64,000 nt of DNA from Pseudomonadota bacterium (lineage in GTDB: Bacteria > Pseudomonadota > Gammaproteobacteria > JAKAQQ01), in NCBI GenBank assembly GCA_027320085.1, contig DAHVLZ010000009.1, forward strand, positions 160,001 to 224,000, in the 5' to 3' direction. Each line of letters opens with the position of its first letter. Position 1 is the first letter of the stretch. This document shows positions 45,454 through 57,007 of the stretch, in pieces. The notes under the pieces were generated by a model. The model saw only the letters and a list, made by a program, of their open reading frames with translations, was not told the origin of the DNA and searched no databases. Made by a program: the position numbers and the translations under genes.

Positions 45454-46809
45454 ATGCCCAATAACCAGCAGTGGACTCAACGTGATCTGGCCGTCGTGTG
45501 GCATCCCTGTACCCAAATGAAGGACCATGAATGGCTACCCCTCATTCCTTTGGTCAGGGGCAAGGGGCCTTGGCTGTTTGATGCAGATGGGAACCGCTAT
45601 TTGGATGCCATCAGTTCCTGGTGGGTTAACCTGTTTGGGCACTGCCATCCCAAGATCAGTCAGGCAGTGGAGAACCAACTGGGGCTGCTTGAACACATCC
45701 TCCTGGCCGGTGCCACCCACATACCCGCCATTGAGCTGGCTGAACGATTACTGGCTCGGGCTCCAGCTGGTCTCACCCGTTGCTTCTATGTCGACAATGG
45801 CTCCGCCGCAGTGGAAGCCGCCCTCAAGATGAGCTTTCATTATTGGAAAAATCAAGGCTACCCACACAAGGATCACTTCGTCTCCCTGCAAAACAGCTAT
45901 CACGGGGAGACACTGGGCGCCCTCTCGGTAGGTGGGGTCGGCCTTTATCGTGATATCTACAAACCTCTCTTCCATGCCGGATTTTCGGTGCCTGTAGCTG
46001 ATCTTTATGAACGCCAAGATGACGAAACGATCGAGAGCTATACCGAACGGCGTTTTACCGTCTTGGAACATCTGCTGACTGAAAAAGCGAATCAGATTGC
46101 TGCTGTTTTAGTCGAGCCTCTCGTCCAATGCGCGGGTGGCATGCGGATGTATCCTCCTCTGTACCTATCCCGGCTTCGGGAAAGTTGTGACCGACATGGT
46201 GTCCATCTCATCGCCGATGAGTGTGCCGTTGGCATGGGTCGAACCGGTACCTTTTTTGCCTGCGAACAAGCCCAGATCTCACCGGATATCCTGATTCTGG
46301 CCAAAGGACTGACTGGAGGCTATCTGCCACTCTCTGCACTTCTGGTGCGAGAATCCCTCTATCAGGCCTTTTACGACGACTACCGATCCCACAAGGCGTT
46401 CCTGCATTCTCACAGCTATACGGGCAATCCGTTGGCCTGCCGAGCGGCTCTTGCAACCCTTGACCTCTTCGACCAAGAACCGGTCCTTGAGCAAAACCAG
46501 AAGCTTCATGAACGGCTCGTACAGGGTCTTGCGCCCCTCCAAGGGCATCCTCATGTTGCCGATGTCCGCATCACCGGAACAATTGCAGCGGTCGAACTGG
46601 CCCAGGACGGCCCTCGTAAGATAAGCTACCCCGCGGGGGAACGGCGGGGACTTGAGGTCTTCCGGTATGGCCTACAGCACGAAGCCTGGCTACGACCGCT
46701 CGGCAACGTGGTCTACCTGATGCCTCCTTATGTCATCAATGCCCAAGAGACGGAAACCTTGTGCGCCACCGTCTGTGCGGGAATTGACTTTGCCACCCGG
46801 AGTGGCTGA
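45454..46809 (+). CDS. bioA: Adenosylmethionine-8-amino-7-oxononanoate aminotransferase
   Basis: WHPCTQMK, SSWWVN, AKGLTGGYLP, HSHSYTGNP. Confidence 0.95.
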   Translation: MPNNQQWTQRDLAVVWHPCTQMKDHEWLPLIPLVRGKGPWLFDADGNRYLDAISSWWVNLFGHCHPKISQAVENQLGLLEHILLAGATHIPAIELAERLLARAPAGLTRCFYVDNGSAAVEAALKMSFHYWKNQGYPHKDHFVSLQNSYHGETLGALSVGGVGLYRDIYKPLFHAGFSVPVADLYERQDDETIESYTERRFTVLEHLLTEKANQIAAVLVEPLVQCAGGMRMYPPLYLSRLRESCDRHGVHLIADECAVGMGRTGTFFACEQAQISPDILILAKGLTGGYLPLSALLVRESLYQAFYDDYRSHKAFLHSHSYTGNPLACRAALATLDLFDQEPVLEQNQKLHERLVQGLAPLQGHPHVADVRITGTIAAVELAQDGPRKISYPAGERRGLEVFRYGLQHEAWLRPLGNVVYLMPPYVINAQETETLCATVCAGIDFATRSG

Positions 46810-47582
46810 TGCGGATCCCCCGCCTCTATGCACCTCCGCCTTTAGTTCCGGGCACTGAGATCATCCCGGATCCGGAATCCAATCACTATCTCCGTCATGT
46901 CCTCCGACTGGCCACAGACGATCTGATCATTCTCTTTGACGGGATCGGACACGAACATGATGCACGAATCCATTGCAGCTCCAAGGGAAGAACCCGCCTG
47001 GCAGTCGGACCACCCCGGGATCCCATCGACCGGGAATCAAAACTCAGGGTCTGGCTGTATCTCTCACTGACCCGAGGCGCCAAAATGGATTGGATCATCG
47101 AAAAAGCCACAGAGTTAGGTGTCGCCGGGATCCAGCCGGTTACCACCCGTCGCAGTGTGATGACGTCACGACTCAACTATCCCGATGCCCGGCTCCGTCA
47201 CTGGAACGCACTTGCCCGAAGCGCTTCCGCTCAGTGTGGAAGAAGCTGGGTCCCGCTTTGTCAACCCCCCATCGAATGGCAGACTTTTCTTGAAAAGCCC
47301 ACAGAACCCGGATTGCGTTTTGTATTGACACCGGATGCCACAACACAGGGCTTTATACAAAAAACAACCCCCATGCCCGACGTTCACCTGCTAGTTGGGC
47401 CAGAGGGGGGATTTACGGAGGAAGAGCTCGAAGCCGTCCGGAAACTGGGCTATGAGCCGGTCAGGCTAGGCCCCCGGATCCTGCGTACCGAAACGGCTCC
47501 GCTCGTGGGGCTAGCTGTTTTGCAGAGCCTCTGGGGAGACCTCAACAGTCGCCCCGCGCTCAGGCCGGCACCGCCGGCTTGA
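46809..47582 (+). CDS. rsmE: 16S rRNA m3U1498 methyltransferase
   Basis: EKATELGV, VGPEGGF, LGPRILRTETA. Confidence 0.95.
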   Translation: MRIPRLYAPPPLVPGTEIIPDPESNHYLRHVLRLATDDLIILFDGIGHEHDARIHCSSKGRTRLAVGPPRDPIDRESKLRVWLYLSLTRGAKMDWIIEKATELGVAGIQPVTTRRSVMTSRLNYPDARLRHWNALARSASAQCGRSWVPLCQPPIEWQTFLEKPTEPGLRFVLTPDATTQGFIQKTTPMPDVHLLVGPEGGFTEEELEAVRKLGYEPVRLGPRILRTETAPLVGLAVLQSLWGDLNSRPALRPAPPA

Positions 47583-48027
47583 ACTTTGCCAGCTCTCCCT
47601 CAATCCAGTCGAAATCAGGAATCAGGGGGACTTCACCACCCAGTTGCGCCCGCGAAACAAAGCCTGAAGTGACCTTCTGATCTTCATGCGCTTTGAGAAT
47701 ACGGGGGTCAATGCGAAGAAGGTAAGGGTAGCCCAAGGTCATGATGGCAAAGTATCGGGTATCCAGCCGTCCTGTCAGCGCATAAACGACCAAAAGCCGG
47801 CTCTTGTTGCCAGCTGGCCGGCTCGGCATACCGGCCGCCACTTCCAGGGAAACGACCGGAATCGACTGTTGATTACGGGCCCGGTATCCCAAAAGGCACG
47901 TGGGCCCACCGGAGGCCGGCTCAATGTTTCCCCGGTTAAGCACTTCGACCACGAGCTCCCTCGGGAGAATAATTTTGAAGCCATCCAGCGGAACCAGTAG
48001 GCAGTAGAGTTCTTCTTCCCGTGTCAT
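47560..48027 (-). CDS. chpC: CheW-like protein (ChpC-like)
   Basis: CheW-type VVEVL, IPVVSLE; last gene of the pil-chp cluster. Confidence 0.75.
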   Translation of the reverse strand: MTREEELYCLLVPLDGFKIILPRELVVEVLNRGNIEPASGGPTCLLGYRARNQQSIPVVSLEVAAGMPSRPAGNKSRLLVVYALTGRLDTRYFAIMTLGYPYLLRIDPRILKAHEDQKVTSGFVSRAQLGGEVPLIPDFDWIEGELAKFKPAVPA

Positions 48028-51000
48028 CAGGAATCGTCTCCAGAGGTTTTCTCGATCGCGGAAAAGCGATCCGGGCGCAAACGGTGAAGCGTCTCAAGAA
48101 GCTCTTCCTCACGATAAGGTTTTGGCAGATAGGCATTGACCCCGATTTCCTGGGCACGTTGGCGATGCTTTTCTCCCGAGCGTGAGGTAATGATCACGAT
48201 AGGCAGGGAGTGCAGGCGTTCATCGGCCCGGATGCGCGTGGACAGTTCAAACCCGTCCATGCGAGGCATTTCGATATCCACCAAGGCCACGTCCGGTACG
48301 CGTTCTCCGAGAAGCATCAAGGCATCTACGCCGTCTTTGGCAGTCATGACCTCAATACCGCTGCGTTCCAAGAAACGCTGAGATACGCGGCGCATCGTGA
48401 TGGAATCGTCGACGACGAGCACAAGCCCCCGTTGACGAGGCTGTGCAGCCGAAGCCACTACAGCTGCCACATCGGGTACAACCGAGCGGCGGCGCAAGGC
48501 ACGGACAAGTCCCACTGGATCCAGAACAAAAATAATGCTGCCGTCACCGAGAATGGTCGCACCGGAAATTCCCGGGATGCTCGCCATTTGGATTCCGAGG
48601 GGCTTGACCACAATTTCCCGGCTTCCGATCAGGGTATCGACAGCGAACGCTCGATAATCGTCACCTCCCCTGGCGAGAAGCAGGGAAACGATCTCGGTGC
48701 CTGAAGCCCCCTCTGTAGGTCGGCCCAAGGCATGGAGAAGCGGCATGATCCGGTAACTGCGACCGCCGTACAGATAAACCGGGTTCTCCTTCTGTATGAC
48801 TTCCTCGTATTCCCGTGTGGTCATTCGACCCACGCCCTCGATGCTATGCAGGGGAACTGCATACTGGCCGGTTCCTGCGGTCACCAAGAGGGATTGCGAG
48901 ATGGCCAGGGTAAAGGGCAGCCGGATCAACATCCGGGTCCCATGACCGGTCTCCGAGGTGACCTCGACGGTTCCTGCCAGATCGCGGATTTCGGCGGACA
49001 CAACATCCATGCCGACACCACGCCCGGCAGTCTGTGTCAGTGTACGGGCGGTTGAAAAGCCGGGCCTGAAGATCATTTGGATCAGGTCATCCTGTGAGGG
49101 TTCCTGGCCGGGCGGAATGAGATCCATTTCGATGGCTTTGTCACGGATGGCCTGGAAATTGAGACCCGCGCCGTCATCCGCGACCTCAATGATCACTTCG
49201 GGCCCTTCCCGGCGGAAGGTCAGGGCGATCTGGCCGGCCGGATTCTTGCCGAGGGTTTGGCGTCGTTCGGGACTCTCGATACCATGAAACACCGCATTGC
49301 GAACCATGTGCTCCAGCGGGGCCACCAGCCGATCCAGAACACGTCGATCAAGTTCCGCTTCGGTTCCCTGAACCAGCATCCTCGCCTGCTTGCCGGCTTC
49401 GCGGGCCGTCCGCTCGACAACGCGCTCTAGCCTCGGCGCCACCGACTGGACAGAGACCAGTCGTCCCCGCATAAGGTTATCTTGGAGAACCGTGTTCACC
49501 CGGCCTTGCTGGAGCAAAAGTGTCGAGGATTCCCGGATCAGATTATCCAGCAAATGCTGCAAGCTGTTCAGGTCATTGACGGATTCAGCAAGCGCCCTCG
49601 ACAATTCCTGTACCCGGGTATAGCGGTCCAACTCCAAGGGATCAAATCCAGCATGGGATTCGATGGTCTCTTGTGGGCGACGGGCAAGCATCTGGGCCTC
49701 GGTCTCAAGCTCCAAGCGACGCAACTGTTCACGCAGACGCTCAACGGTCCTCGCATGTTCTGCCAGGTTAAAAGCAATACTGTTGACCTGTTCCTCAAGC
49801 CGAGCTCGGTAGATTCCCACCTCACCAGCTTCGTTCAAGGCTTGATCCAGGAGCTCCGCCCGAACTCGAACCACCGTAGAAGAAGGTGCTGGCTGGCCTG
49901 GCTGTGGAGCCGCGAGATCAGGTCCTGCAGCCTGTACCGCTTCCTGATCCTCCGGACCCATCCTAGGAGTGGATTCGCTGGTCTGGACTTCCGCCGACGA
50001 ATCCTCAAAGGCCGTGGTCATGAACCTTGCCAGTGACGTCATGAGCCGCCGATCCTCACGCGGAACCTGTCCCTGGCGAGCCTGCGCCAACATCTGGTGC
50101 AGGGACCCGATCGCCGACTGGATCAGCTCTCCCAGCTGGTCACGTGCCACTTCGTCCCAATGAAGGGTCGCCCAGTCCAAAACGGATTCCAGCTCATGGG
50201 CCAATGAAGCGATGGCCTGGAAATTCGCGATCCGGGCACCACCTTTCAGGGTGTGCAAGGTCCTCTTGAGATGCGAAAGCTGATCGGGCCTGAGATTGTC
50301 CGTACCGGTCTCTAGCAGTGGGACCGTTTCCTCTAGGAGTTCACGAGCCTCTTCCAGGAACACCACCTGGATTTCCGAGGAGCTTCGTCCACTCGGGCCC
50401 GAGGGATCCGGCAACCGAGGCGACACAGGGATAGAGGGGGGTTGACTGGCCTTCTCCCCTGCTTCCCCCGTCTTGGCGGGAGATCCCCCTGACTCCGGAA
50501 GAGTGGACCTCGACCCACCCACCACAACCTGCCATTCGACATGAAGCGGTTCTACAGCAGGCAGAAGATCCTGCCGGTTTCCGTAGGCACCAACACATTG
50601 TTCGGCTGTATTCAAGCTCCTAAGCAACCGATCACGATCCGTTTCCGCGAACGGCAGAAGGCCATAAGCCAGTGCCTCGAAGTAATGATTGATCGGTTCA
50701 AAAAGCTGCACCATCTCCTCCAGCTGCGCCATTTGCGAAATTCCATTTAAGGTATGGGCCGCTTTGGAAACGGAGAAAGGAACTGGAATTTGCGGGGATC
50801 CGAGCCACTCCCGGAGTACTGCCATGTGATGGCGGGCCTCATCACGGAAAATGCCGTACAGGGCGGGATCGATCCGAGGCACCGGTGCCGGCGTGACCTC
50901 GGGTTCCAGATCTTCCCGGCTGATCAGCGCCTCTGCGCGACGAAACCGCTCCACATAGTCCGGCAAGCGAGCTTTCCCCTGTTCCAGTTCCTTGATCAGT

Positions 51001-53255
51001 TCGCTCACGAAGGAGATGGAGGCACCCACGAAAGCGACTCGATCCGCACTGGTCGGCAGGGTATTATCAATCATCCGGTTGAGCAGGGATTCCACCTTCC
51101 AGGCATATTCTGCAACACGGAGTGCACCCGCCAGGCGCCCGCTCCCCTTGAGGGTATGGAACCCCCGTCGGATGGTGGTCCGAGGCCCGGTTTCCTCTTC
51201 TGGATTCTTGAGCCACATTTCATAGGAAACCTGGAGGCCGCGGACCACCTCGCGTGCTTCTTCCAGGAAAATCGGCACAATTTCCGGTTCGGCATCAGCT
51301 CGTAACACAACCAAGAGCTCGGGGGTACTGACCGACTCATCTCCAGCCGGGCGCTTTGCCCTTGCTGCCGGAAGTGGAGAAGTACTCGCTTCCGAATCTT
51401 TGGGCTGGGCTGGCTTCGGGGACACTCCCCCCCCCGAGGGCTCTTCACTGTGAAACGGAATCGGCTCCGCCACAGGCATGGCTTTCCCGGTTTCCTGCCC
51501 CGCCGGAGGTACAGGTTCCGTCACCCCATCCAGTATCGCGGGAGGCGCACCCCGACTCTCCGGCGATTCCTCTGGCATGGACTCCTCAGCGGTTCCTTCC
51601 GGGATTCCCGGAATCGCCTGCTCAAGAGCCGCAATGCAGCCCTCCGCATTATCCAGCATGGCCGAAAGTGTTCCGCGATTCAAACGGATGTTTTCGAGCC
51701 AGTACTCAATGCTGACAATGGCATCGGCAACCCGGTTGGCCAGTGATGTCGAGAGCCGGCGACCACGGGTCAGCCATCGATCGGGATCCAAGGCCAAATT
51801 CAGGCGGATGATCAGTTCGGCAACCGACTCGAAACCGGCGATTTGCAGAGCAGAGACGATTTCAGTCAACAGCGGGCGGACACCTTCTTGGAGAGTGGGC
51901 GCCTGATTGGGGTGGGAAATGAAATCGGCAACGATCTGCTTGACGCGGGACAAGTTGACGAGGACTTCCCGCACAACGAGAGAGCGGGCTCGGCCGTAGG
52001 CCTCGCGCTGGGCAGAACTGTCCGACAATTGCCGGGTTTTGCCCAGCAGGTTGATCTCATCCTCAAGCTGATCCTCGATCTGCAGCAGCACCGAGGCAAC
52101 CTGGAGCAGGGTGTTTTCGTGGCCCTTTGAGGTTCCCGTTGCCTGGTCCGACAAAAAATGACGTTGCCGATCCAAGCTTTCACTGAGATCACTGAGTCCC
52201 AGAACCGTGAGGGTATCACACACTTTTTTGAGTAGATCTGTAGCGGCCACCAGCTGGGCACTCTCCCTGAGCCCCCCCCGGACATAGAGGTCGATCCGAT
52301 CTTTGACCCGTCCCAAATCCTCACGGATGACCGATCCTACCGTCCTCAGGAGCGCCTGGCTGGGTCCCGAAAGATCGGCCGTCGAGGCCGACCAGTTGTC
52401 TTCCTTCGGTTCCGACCGCTGTGCGGAACGAATGGCCGTCACGCGTGAACCCGAAGAAGTGCTTCGTAGAACCTGTGTCCGGAGGCTTTGGTTAAGTTCC
52501 TGCAGGGATCGCTTCTGCTCCCCCTTTTTCTGAAGGTTATGCAGCTCTCTGTCGAGCCGTCCAATCAGCTGCTTGATTTCCGATGTTAGGAGGTGTCCCC
52601 CATCGCGAACCGATTCCAGAAACCCCCCAGCCAGCCACCAGAGCTCAAATTCAGCGGGGATCTGGGCTGCCGCCTCGATCTGCTGGGCCACCTTGATCAT
52701 GGTATTGACCGCATCCCGGTTGGATGGGTCGCGATAGAAGGATAAAAGGGCCGACTGGAATTGCGGTCGCAAGGCATGAGCCAACCGCCGGATATCATGG
52801 TCCGTGGTGGCTGCCGTTCGTTCGGCAAATCTTAGTTCCATGGTGAGATTTTCACTGTCGAGCGGCGCATTCCCAATGCTGGTCCGCAATGCGTTGATCT
52901 GCGGCAGCAACATGCGGACCGAGTCGCGCCGGGTTCCGGCCACCCGTTCGAGATACATGGGAAGCTGCATCAATGCCCGCGTCACCTGTTCGAGTACCGG
53001 TTCTTGGGGTGGTTCCTCTTGTTCCTTGAGTACCCGCAATACCCGCTCGATTTCCTGGGTCAGGAGCGCACCCCCGCTGATTCCCACAACCTGCAGGACA
53101 CCCCGGATTTCATGAAGATCGGTGAGACAGCGTCCAAGCGCTTCTTTCTGGCCAGGATCCTGTGTAAAGGACTCCCACCCAAGACGCACCCGAGCCAAGG
53201 AGTTTTCTAACTCGTCCTTGACCCAGAGGATCGCTTGTGACGCGGGAATCGACAT
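48027..53255 (-). CDS. chpA: CheA-like hybrid kinase with Hpt, CheW and receiver domains
   Basis: Hpt motifs FHTLKGSGR and LHTLKGGAR, HMVRNAVFHG, AGRGVGMD, C-terminal receiver. Confidence 0.93.
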   Translation of the reverse strand: MSIPASQAILWVKDELENSLARVRLGWESFTQDPGQKEALGRCLTDLHEIRGVLQVVGISGGALLTQEIERVLRVLKEQEEPPQEPVLEQVTRALMQLPMYLERVAGTRRDSVRMLLPQINALRTSIGNAPLDSENLTMELRFAERTAATTDHDIRRLAHALRPQFQSALLSFYRDPSNRDAVNTMIKVAQQIEAAAQIPAEFELWWLAGGFLESVRDGGHLLTSEIKQLIGRLDRELHNLQKKGEQKRSLQELNQSLRTQVLRSTSSGSRVTAIRSAQRSEPKEDNWSASTADLSGPSQALLRTVGSVIREDLGRVKDRIDLYVRGGLRESAQLVAATDLLKKVCDTLTVLGLSDLSESLDRQRHFLSDQATGTSKGHENTLLQVASVLLQIEDQLEDEINLLGKTRQLSDSSAQREAYGRARSLVVREVLVNLSRVKQIVADFISHPNQAPTLQEGVRPLLTEIVSALQIAGFESVAELIIRLNLALDPDRWLTRGRRLSTSLANRVADAIVSIEYWLENIRLNRGTLSAMLDNAEGCIAALEQAIPGIPEGTAEESMPEESPESRGAPPAILDGVTEPVPPAGQETGKAMPVAEPIPFHSEEPSGGGVSPKPAQPKDSEASTSPLPAARAKRPAGDESVSTPELLVVLRADAEPEIVPIFLEEAREVVRGLQVSYEMWLKNPEEETGPRTTIRRGFHTLKGSGRLAGALRVAEYAWKVESLLNRMIDNTLPTSADRVAFVGASISFVSELIKELEQGKARLPDYVERFRRAEALISREDLEPEVTPAPVPRIDPALYGIFRDEARHHMAVLREWLGSPQIPVPFSVSKAAHTLNGISQMAQLEEMVQLFEPINHYFEALAYGLLPFAETDRDRLLRSLNTAEQCVGAYGNRQDLLPAVEPLHVEWQVVVGGSRSTLPESGGSPAKTGEAGEKASQPPSIPVSPRLPDPSGPSGRSSSEIQVVFLEEARELLEETVPLLETGTDNLRPDQLSHLKRTLHTLKGGARIANFQAIASLAHELESVLDWATLHWDEVARDQLGELIQSAIGSLHQMLAQARQGQVPREDRRLMTSLARFMTTAFEDSSAEVQTSESTPRMGPEDQEAVQAAGPDLAAPQPGQPAPSSTVVRVRAELLDQALNEAGEVGIYRARLEEQVNSIAFNLAEHARTVERLREQLRRLELETEAQMLARRPQETIESHAGFDPLELDRYTRVQELSRALAESVNDLNSLQHLLDNLIRESSTLLLQQGRVNTVLQDNLMRGRLVSVQSVAPRLERVVERTAREAGKQARMLVQGTEAELDRRVLDRLVAPLEHMVRNAVFHGIESPERRQTLGKNPAGQIALTFRREGPEVIIEVADDGAGLNFQAIRDKAIEMDLIPPGQEPSQDDLIQMIFRPGFSTARTLTQTAGRGVGMDVVSAEIRDLAGTVEVTSETGHGTRMLIRLPFTLAISQSLLVTAGTGQYAVPLHSIEGVGRMTTREYEEVIQKENPVYLYGGRSYRIMPLLHALGRPTEGASGTEIVSLLLARGGDDYRAFAVDTLIGSREIVVKPLGIQMASIPGISGATILGDGSIIFVLDPVGLVRALRRRSVVPDVAAVVASAAQPRQRGLVLVVDDSITMRRVSQRFLERSGIEVMTAKDGVDALMLLGERVPDVALVDIEMPRMDGFELSTRIRADERLHSLPIVIITSRSGEKHRQRAQEIGVNAYLPKPYREEELLETLHRLRPDRFSAIEKTSGDDS

Positions 53256-53270
53256 GGACGTGGCCGCTTA

Positions 53271-55430
53271 TTAACTCGAGCCCACTGACAATTCGTTCAG
53301 GAAGACCTCCTCATTCAGTTCAGGAGGCGAGTGGGTGTCCGCTTCCGACTGCGCCAATGAGTGGCCAGCCAGTTTCTGATCCTCCTGGGCTTCAGGTTCC
53401 AGCTCGTCCGGAAGCTTGAAGCCAGAAACGGTCTGGCGCAAGGTGCCCGCCAGCTCGGCCAGCTGACCAATATCACGCGCGGTCGCCTCGGTACCCTCCG
53501 CAGTCTGGGCTGTGATCTCCTGAATGACATTCATGGTTCGAGCCACGTCCTGAGAGGCATTGGCCTGGTGTACGGAAGCATCCGAGATACTCTGCACTAG
53601 TTTGGCCATGTGGCCAGAGACGGTCTCGATCTCTGTCAGGGCTCGTCCGGCATTCTCCGCGAGCTGAGCCCCGCTCACCACACCTGACGTGCTTTTTTCC
53701 ATCGAACTCACCGCCTCTCCCGTATCCGTCTGAATGGTTCGCACCAGAGTTTCGATCTGGCGCGTTGCATTTCCCACTCGTTCGGCCAGTCGCTGGACTT
53801 CGTCAGCCACGACCGCGAAGCCACGGCCCGCTTCACCGGCCATGGAGGCCTGGATTGCCGCGTTCAAGGCGAGGATATTGGTTTGTTCCGCAATGTCATT
53901 AATAAGTTCCACGATATCGCCGATTTCCTGGGAACTTTCGCCGAGACGCTTGATCCGCTTTGCGGTTTCCTGAATAGTGTCGCGGATAGTGTTCATACCC
54001 TCGATCGTGGCCCGCACCGCATTGGCTCCACGGTTCGCAATTCCGACTGATCTTTGGGCGACCTCTGCGGATCGCTTGGCGTTGAGAGAGACCTGCTCGA
54101 TGGACTTGGTCATTGCTGCGATTTGCTCGCCTGCCTGTGCAATCTGACGTGTTTGGTGCAAGCTCGCATCGGCCAGGTGGTTGGCCGTTGCCCGTGTCCG
54201 GCGAGCAGCATTGTCAACCTGAACAGCCGTCTGGTTGATCGTTCGAACCAGTTCCCGAAGCTGATCAACGGCGAAGTTCACCGAATCCGCGATGGCCCCC
54301 GTAATGGCCTCAGTCACCGAAGCCTGCACCGTGAGATCACCATCCGAAAGGCCCGCCAACTCGTCGAGCAACTTGAGAATAGCGGACTGGTTGCGCTGGA
54401 CCTCGGTATCCCGGATCCGCCGGGTGGCCATAAGGTTCCCGATCAACGCGTTGACGTAGAAAAGCAGCAGCAGCAGAACCAGTCCTGCAGCGAGCAATGC
54501 CCACCCGTAGACGGAGCGATAGATCTGGCTCGCATGAGATAGCTGCAGGCGACTTTGTTCGCGATGTGAAACGACCGCCAGGCTATTGGACAAAAATCCG
54601 ATCGAAGAAAGCTGGTGGAAGAAACGTCGGGCTTGGATCGCGTTTCTTTCAACCGTTGTGAGACTGAGCATCCACGGCACAAACAGGTTTTCGGCTCTGT
54701 TGAGGGTCGGGCGCAGGGTGCCATTGAACGCCTCTCCTACCAGTCCCAGTCGGCGCGATCCATGCAGGATTCCGTTCTGGACTTGGGCGATGAACCGTCC
54801 GTTGCCGAACACTGAATTCAACAGTACGGCCGGATGCCTGACCGGGTGCTCCAAATCATCAAGGGCCCGCTCCATAAGCCCTGCCCGGCGGATCAACGAC
54901 CCTAGAAGTGCCACGTCATGTGGCGGGGCCCCAACCCGTCCCATGAGGTGATCAAGATGACGCCAGGTGAGTAGCAGCAGGGGGAGTCCCGTCCGGACGT
55001 TGACAAGGGCTGAAGCGATCCTCCGGTTGACGGTCGTTTTGGCCTTGATCTGACCCAAGGTCCGGTTGAACAGTGCGCCACCCCCCGCCAATTCAACGAG
55101 TGCGGTCCCGAGTGTTCCCCGGGCCGGTGGAAGACCGATCGCGGGGTGACCATTTTCGAGCTGGTTCAGGATTCTCGTGTAGGCCAGCTGCTCAGCCTCG
55201 AGATGGGCCAACACATGACGTTTCCCTGCGAGAATCTGCCTGACGGCCCCACGGGCGGATCCCAGATGGGCCGAAACCTGCTGAAGCAGATTCTCCTGGA
55301 GCCGTTCGGCCTTGTGGCTCTGGTAGACCTGGAAAAGATCCCAACCCCCAGCCGCGAACAGAATCACGCACAGGCCGGCAAGCACATAGACCGACCTTCT
55401 AGAAACCGGCTTTAGCTTCACTTCTGCCAT
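53271..55430 (-). CDS. pilJ: Methyl-accepting chemotaxis protein PilJ
   Basis: Two TM segments, [36 protein letters not shown]. Confidence 0.92.
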   Translation of the reverse strand: MAEVKLKPVSRRSVYVLAGLCVILFAAGGWDLFQVYQSHKAERLQENLLQQVSAHLGSARGAVRQILAGKRHVLAHLEAEQLAYTRILNQLENGHPAIGLPPARGTLGTALVELAGGGALFNRTLGQIKAKTTVNRRIASALVNVRTGLPLLLLTWRHLDHLMGRVGAPPHDVALLGSLIRRAGLMERALDDLEHPVRHPAVLLNSVFGNGRFIAQVQNGILHGSRRLGLVGEAFNGTLRPTLNRAENLFVPWMLSLTTVERNAIQARRFFHQLSSIGFLSNSLAVVSHREQSRLQLSHASQIYRSVYGWALLAAGLVLLLLLFYVNALIGNLMATRRIRDTEVQRNQSAILKLLDELAGLSDGDLTVQASVTEAITGAIADSVNFAVDQLRELVRTINQTAVQVDNAARRTRATANHLADASLHQTRQIAQAGEQIAAMTKSIEQVSLNAKRSAEVAQRSVGIANRGANAVRATIEGMNTIRDTIQETAKRIKRLGESSQEIGDIVELINDIAEQTNILALNAAIQASMAGEAGRGFAVVADEVQRLAERVGNATRQIETLVRTIQTDTGEAVSSMEKSTSGVVSGAQLAENAGRALTEIETVSGHMAKLVQSISDASVHQANASQDVARTMNVIQEITAQTAEGTEATARDIGQLAELAGTLRQTVSGFKLPDELEPEAQEDQKLAGHSLAQSEADTHSPPELNEEVFLNELSVGSS

Positions 55431-55488
55431 GACACACCTCGATTTTCAAATTCTCCGGACACTGTCATGCTCCCCTCGACGATGATAA

Positions 55489-56046
55489 CTAACCGGCAGC
55501 TGCATCGAGAAATGCAGTGCTTTCGATAAGAGCCCGGAGATCCAGATGCTGGTACAACTGCTCCTCCAGCCGGTAGCTACCCCTCACCCAAGCTTGCAAC
55601 AGATCTTCACGGACTACCGGAACCCGAGCCGATTCCCGAACCGTCCGGAAACCACGCACCTCATCAACCAAAAGGCCCACTGGGTTGCGTTCGTGATTGA
55701 TGCGAACGAGACGAGTCAATCGCATGAGTGCGATCGGATGCCCTCCCGCAAAGAACGACAGATCAGTAACCGGAACAATCTGCCCGCCCACGTTCACAAC
55801 CCCGACCAGCCAGGGCTTGGCACCCGGAACCGGAGTCAGCGCGGGTGGAACCAGTACTTCACGAACGTTTTCTCGTTCCGTGAGGTAAGACTGGCGGCCA
55901 ACCCGGAATGCGAGCCCTGACCACTCCCGGAGCGTTGTACTGGCCGTTCCATCCGTGCCAGCAGATGCTACCGCCCGTGCCCGGGTCTCGAGCGCCTTGA
56001 GCCGGGCAAAGGGAGTGAGGGGTCCGGAGGTGGATTCAGGGGGCAC
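55489..56046 (-). CDS. pilI: CheW-like protein PilI
   Basis: WSGLAFRVG, TPVPGAKPWLVGVVNV; GTG start with GGAGG RBS. Confidence 0.9.
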   Translation of the reverse strand: MPPESTSGPLTPFARLKALETRARAVASAGTDGTASTTLREWSGLAFRVGRQSYLTERENVREVLVPPALTPVPGAKPWLVGVVNVGGQIVPVTDLSFFAGGHPIALMRLTRLVRINHERNPVGLLVDEVRGFRTVRESARVPVVREDLLQAWVRGSYRLEEQLYQHLDLRALIESTAFLDAAAG

Positions 56047-56419
56047 GCTTCCCTCCTCCTGCCAGAACATTCCTGATGGACTCAAGCAGAACCTGCTCCT
56101 TGACCGGCTTGGCCAAGTATTCGACCGCACCCTGCCGGAGACCCCAAACCCGGTCGGTCTGCTGTGACTTGTTGCTTACGACAATAACCGGGATGTGTTT
56201 GGTTTCCGGATTCTGGGTAATCTGACGAGTCGCCTGGAATCCATTGATGCCGGGCATGACGACATCCATCAAGATGACATCGGGCTTCTCGGTCCGGGCA
56301 GTTTCAATGGCTTCCACTCCATTCGTTGCCGTAATCACCGCGTGTCCTCCTTTTTGCAAGGCGGCCTTGAGAAGGTGGACCTCGGTGGGCGAATCATCCA
56401 CAACCAGTATTTTTGCCAT
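56036..56419 (-). CDS. pilH: Response regulator PilH
   Basis: DDSPTE, MDVVMPGINGFQATR, DRVWGLRQGA. Confidence 0.93.
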   Translation of the reverse strand: MAKILVVDDSPTEVHLLKAALQKGGHAVITATNGVEAIETARTEKPDVILMDVVMPGINGFQATRQITQNPETKHIPVIVVSNKSQQTDRVWGLRQGAVEYLAKPVKEQVLLESIRNVLAGGGKRAP

Positions 56420-56425
56420 TCGTGC

Positions 56426-56899
56426 TTACCTCGTAATAGGACCCGTATTGGACTCTCTCGCCTGGGCAGTCACGGGGCCTTGGGGCGCGGCGAAGTTGGT
56501 GATGGCCGACAGCAGATCCTCCCGCCCAAAAGGTTTGGTCAGGTACTGCTCGGCACCACAGATTCGACCCCGTGCAATATCGAAAAGCCCATCCTTGCTG
56601 GACAACATGATGATCGGGATTTTCTTGAATTGCTGGTTGTTCTTGATGAGCACACAGGTCTCGTATCCATCCAAGCGGGGCATCATCACGTCGACAAAAA
56701 TGATGTCCGGAGAGAGGTCGGCCACTTTGGCCAAAGCCTCGAAGCCATCAGCTGCTGTTGCCACCTCACAACCCGCCGAGTGGAGCATGTTCTCGGCGCT
56801 CGTCCTCACCGTTCGGCTATCATCGACAATCAGAACCTTGAGGCCCTTGAGGTGGGGAGCGGTTGTTTCGCTTCCGGAAGGACTATTCATCTGTTGCAA
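56426..56899 (-). CDS. pilG: Response regulator PilG
   Basis: DVMMPRLDGY, LSSKDGLFD, YLTKPF. Confidence 0.93.
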   Translation of the reverse strand: MQQMNSPSGSETTAPHLKGLKVLIVDDSRTVRTSAENMLHSAGCEVATAADGFEALAKVADLSPDIIFVDVMMPRLDGYETCVLIKNNQQFKKIPIIMLSSKDGLFDIARGRICGAEQYLTKPFGREDLLSAITNFAAPQGPVTAQARESNTGPITR

Positions 56900-57007
56900 T
56901 CCCCTCCATATCAGGGCCTTTTGTGCCAGGGGCAGGCCCCCTTCTTACTTTTTACCATAAATTTGCCGCATAATCCATTGATCGGTAACCGCCTTTAGCC
57001 CCCCCCT

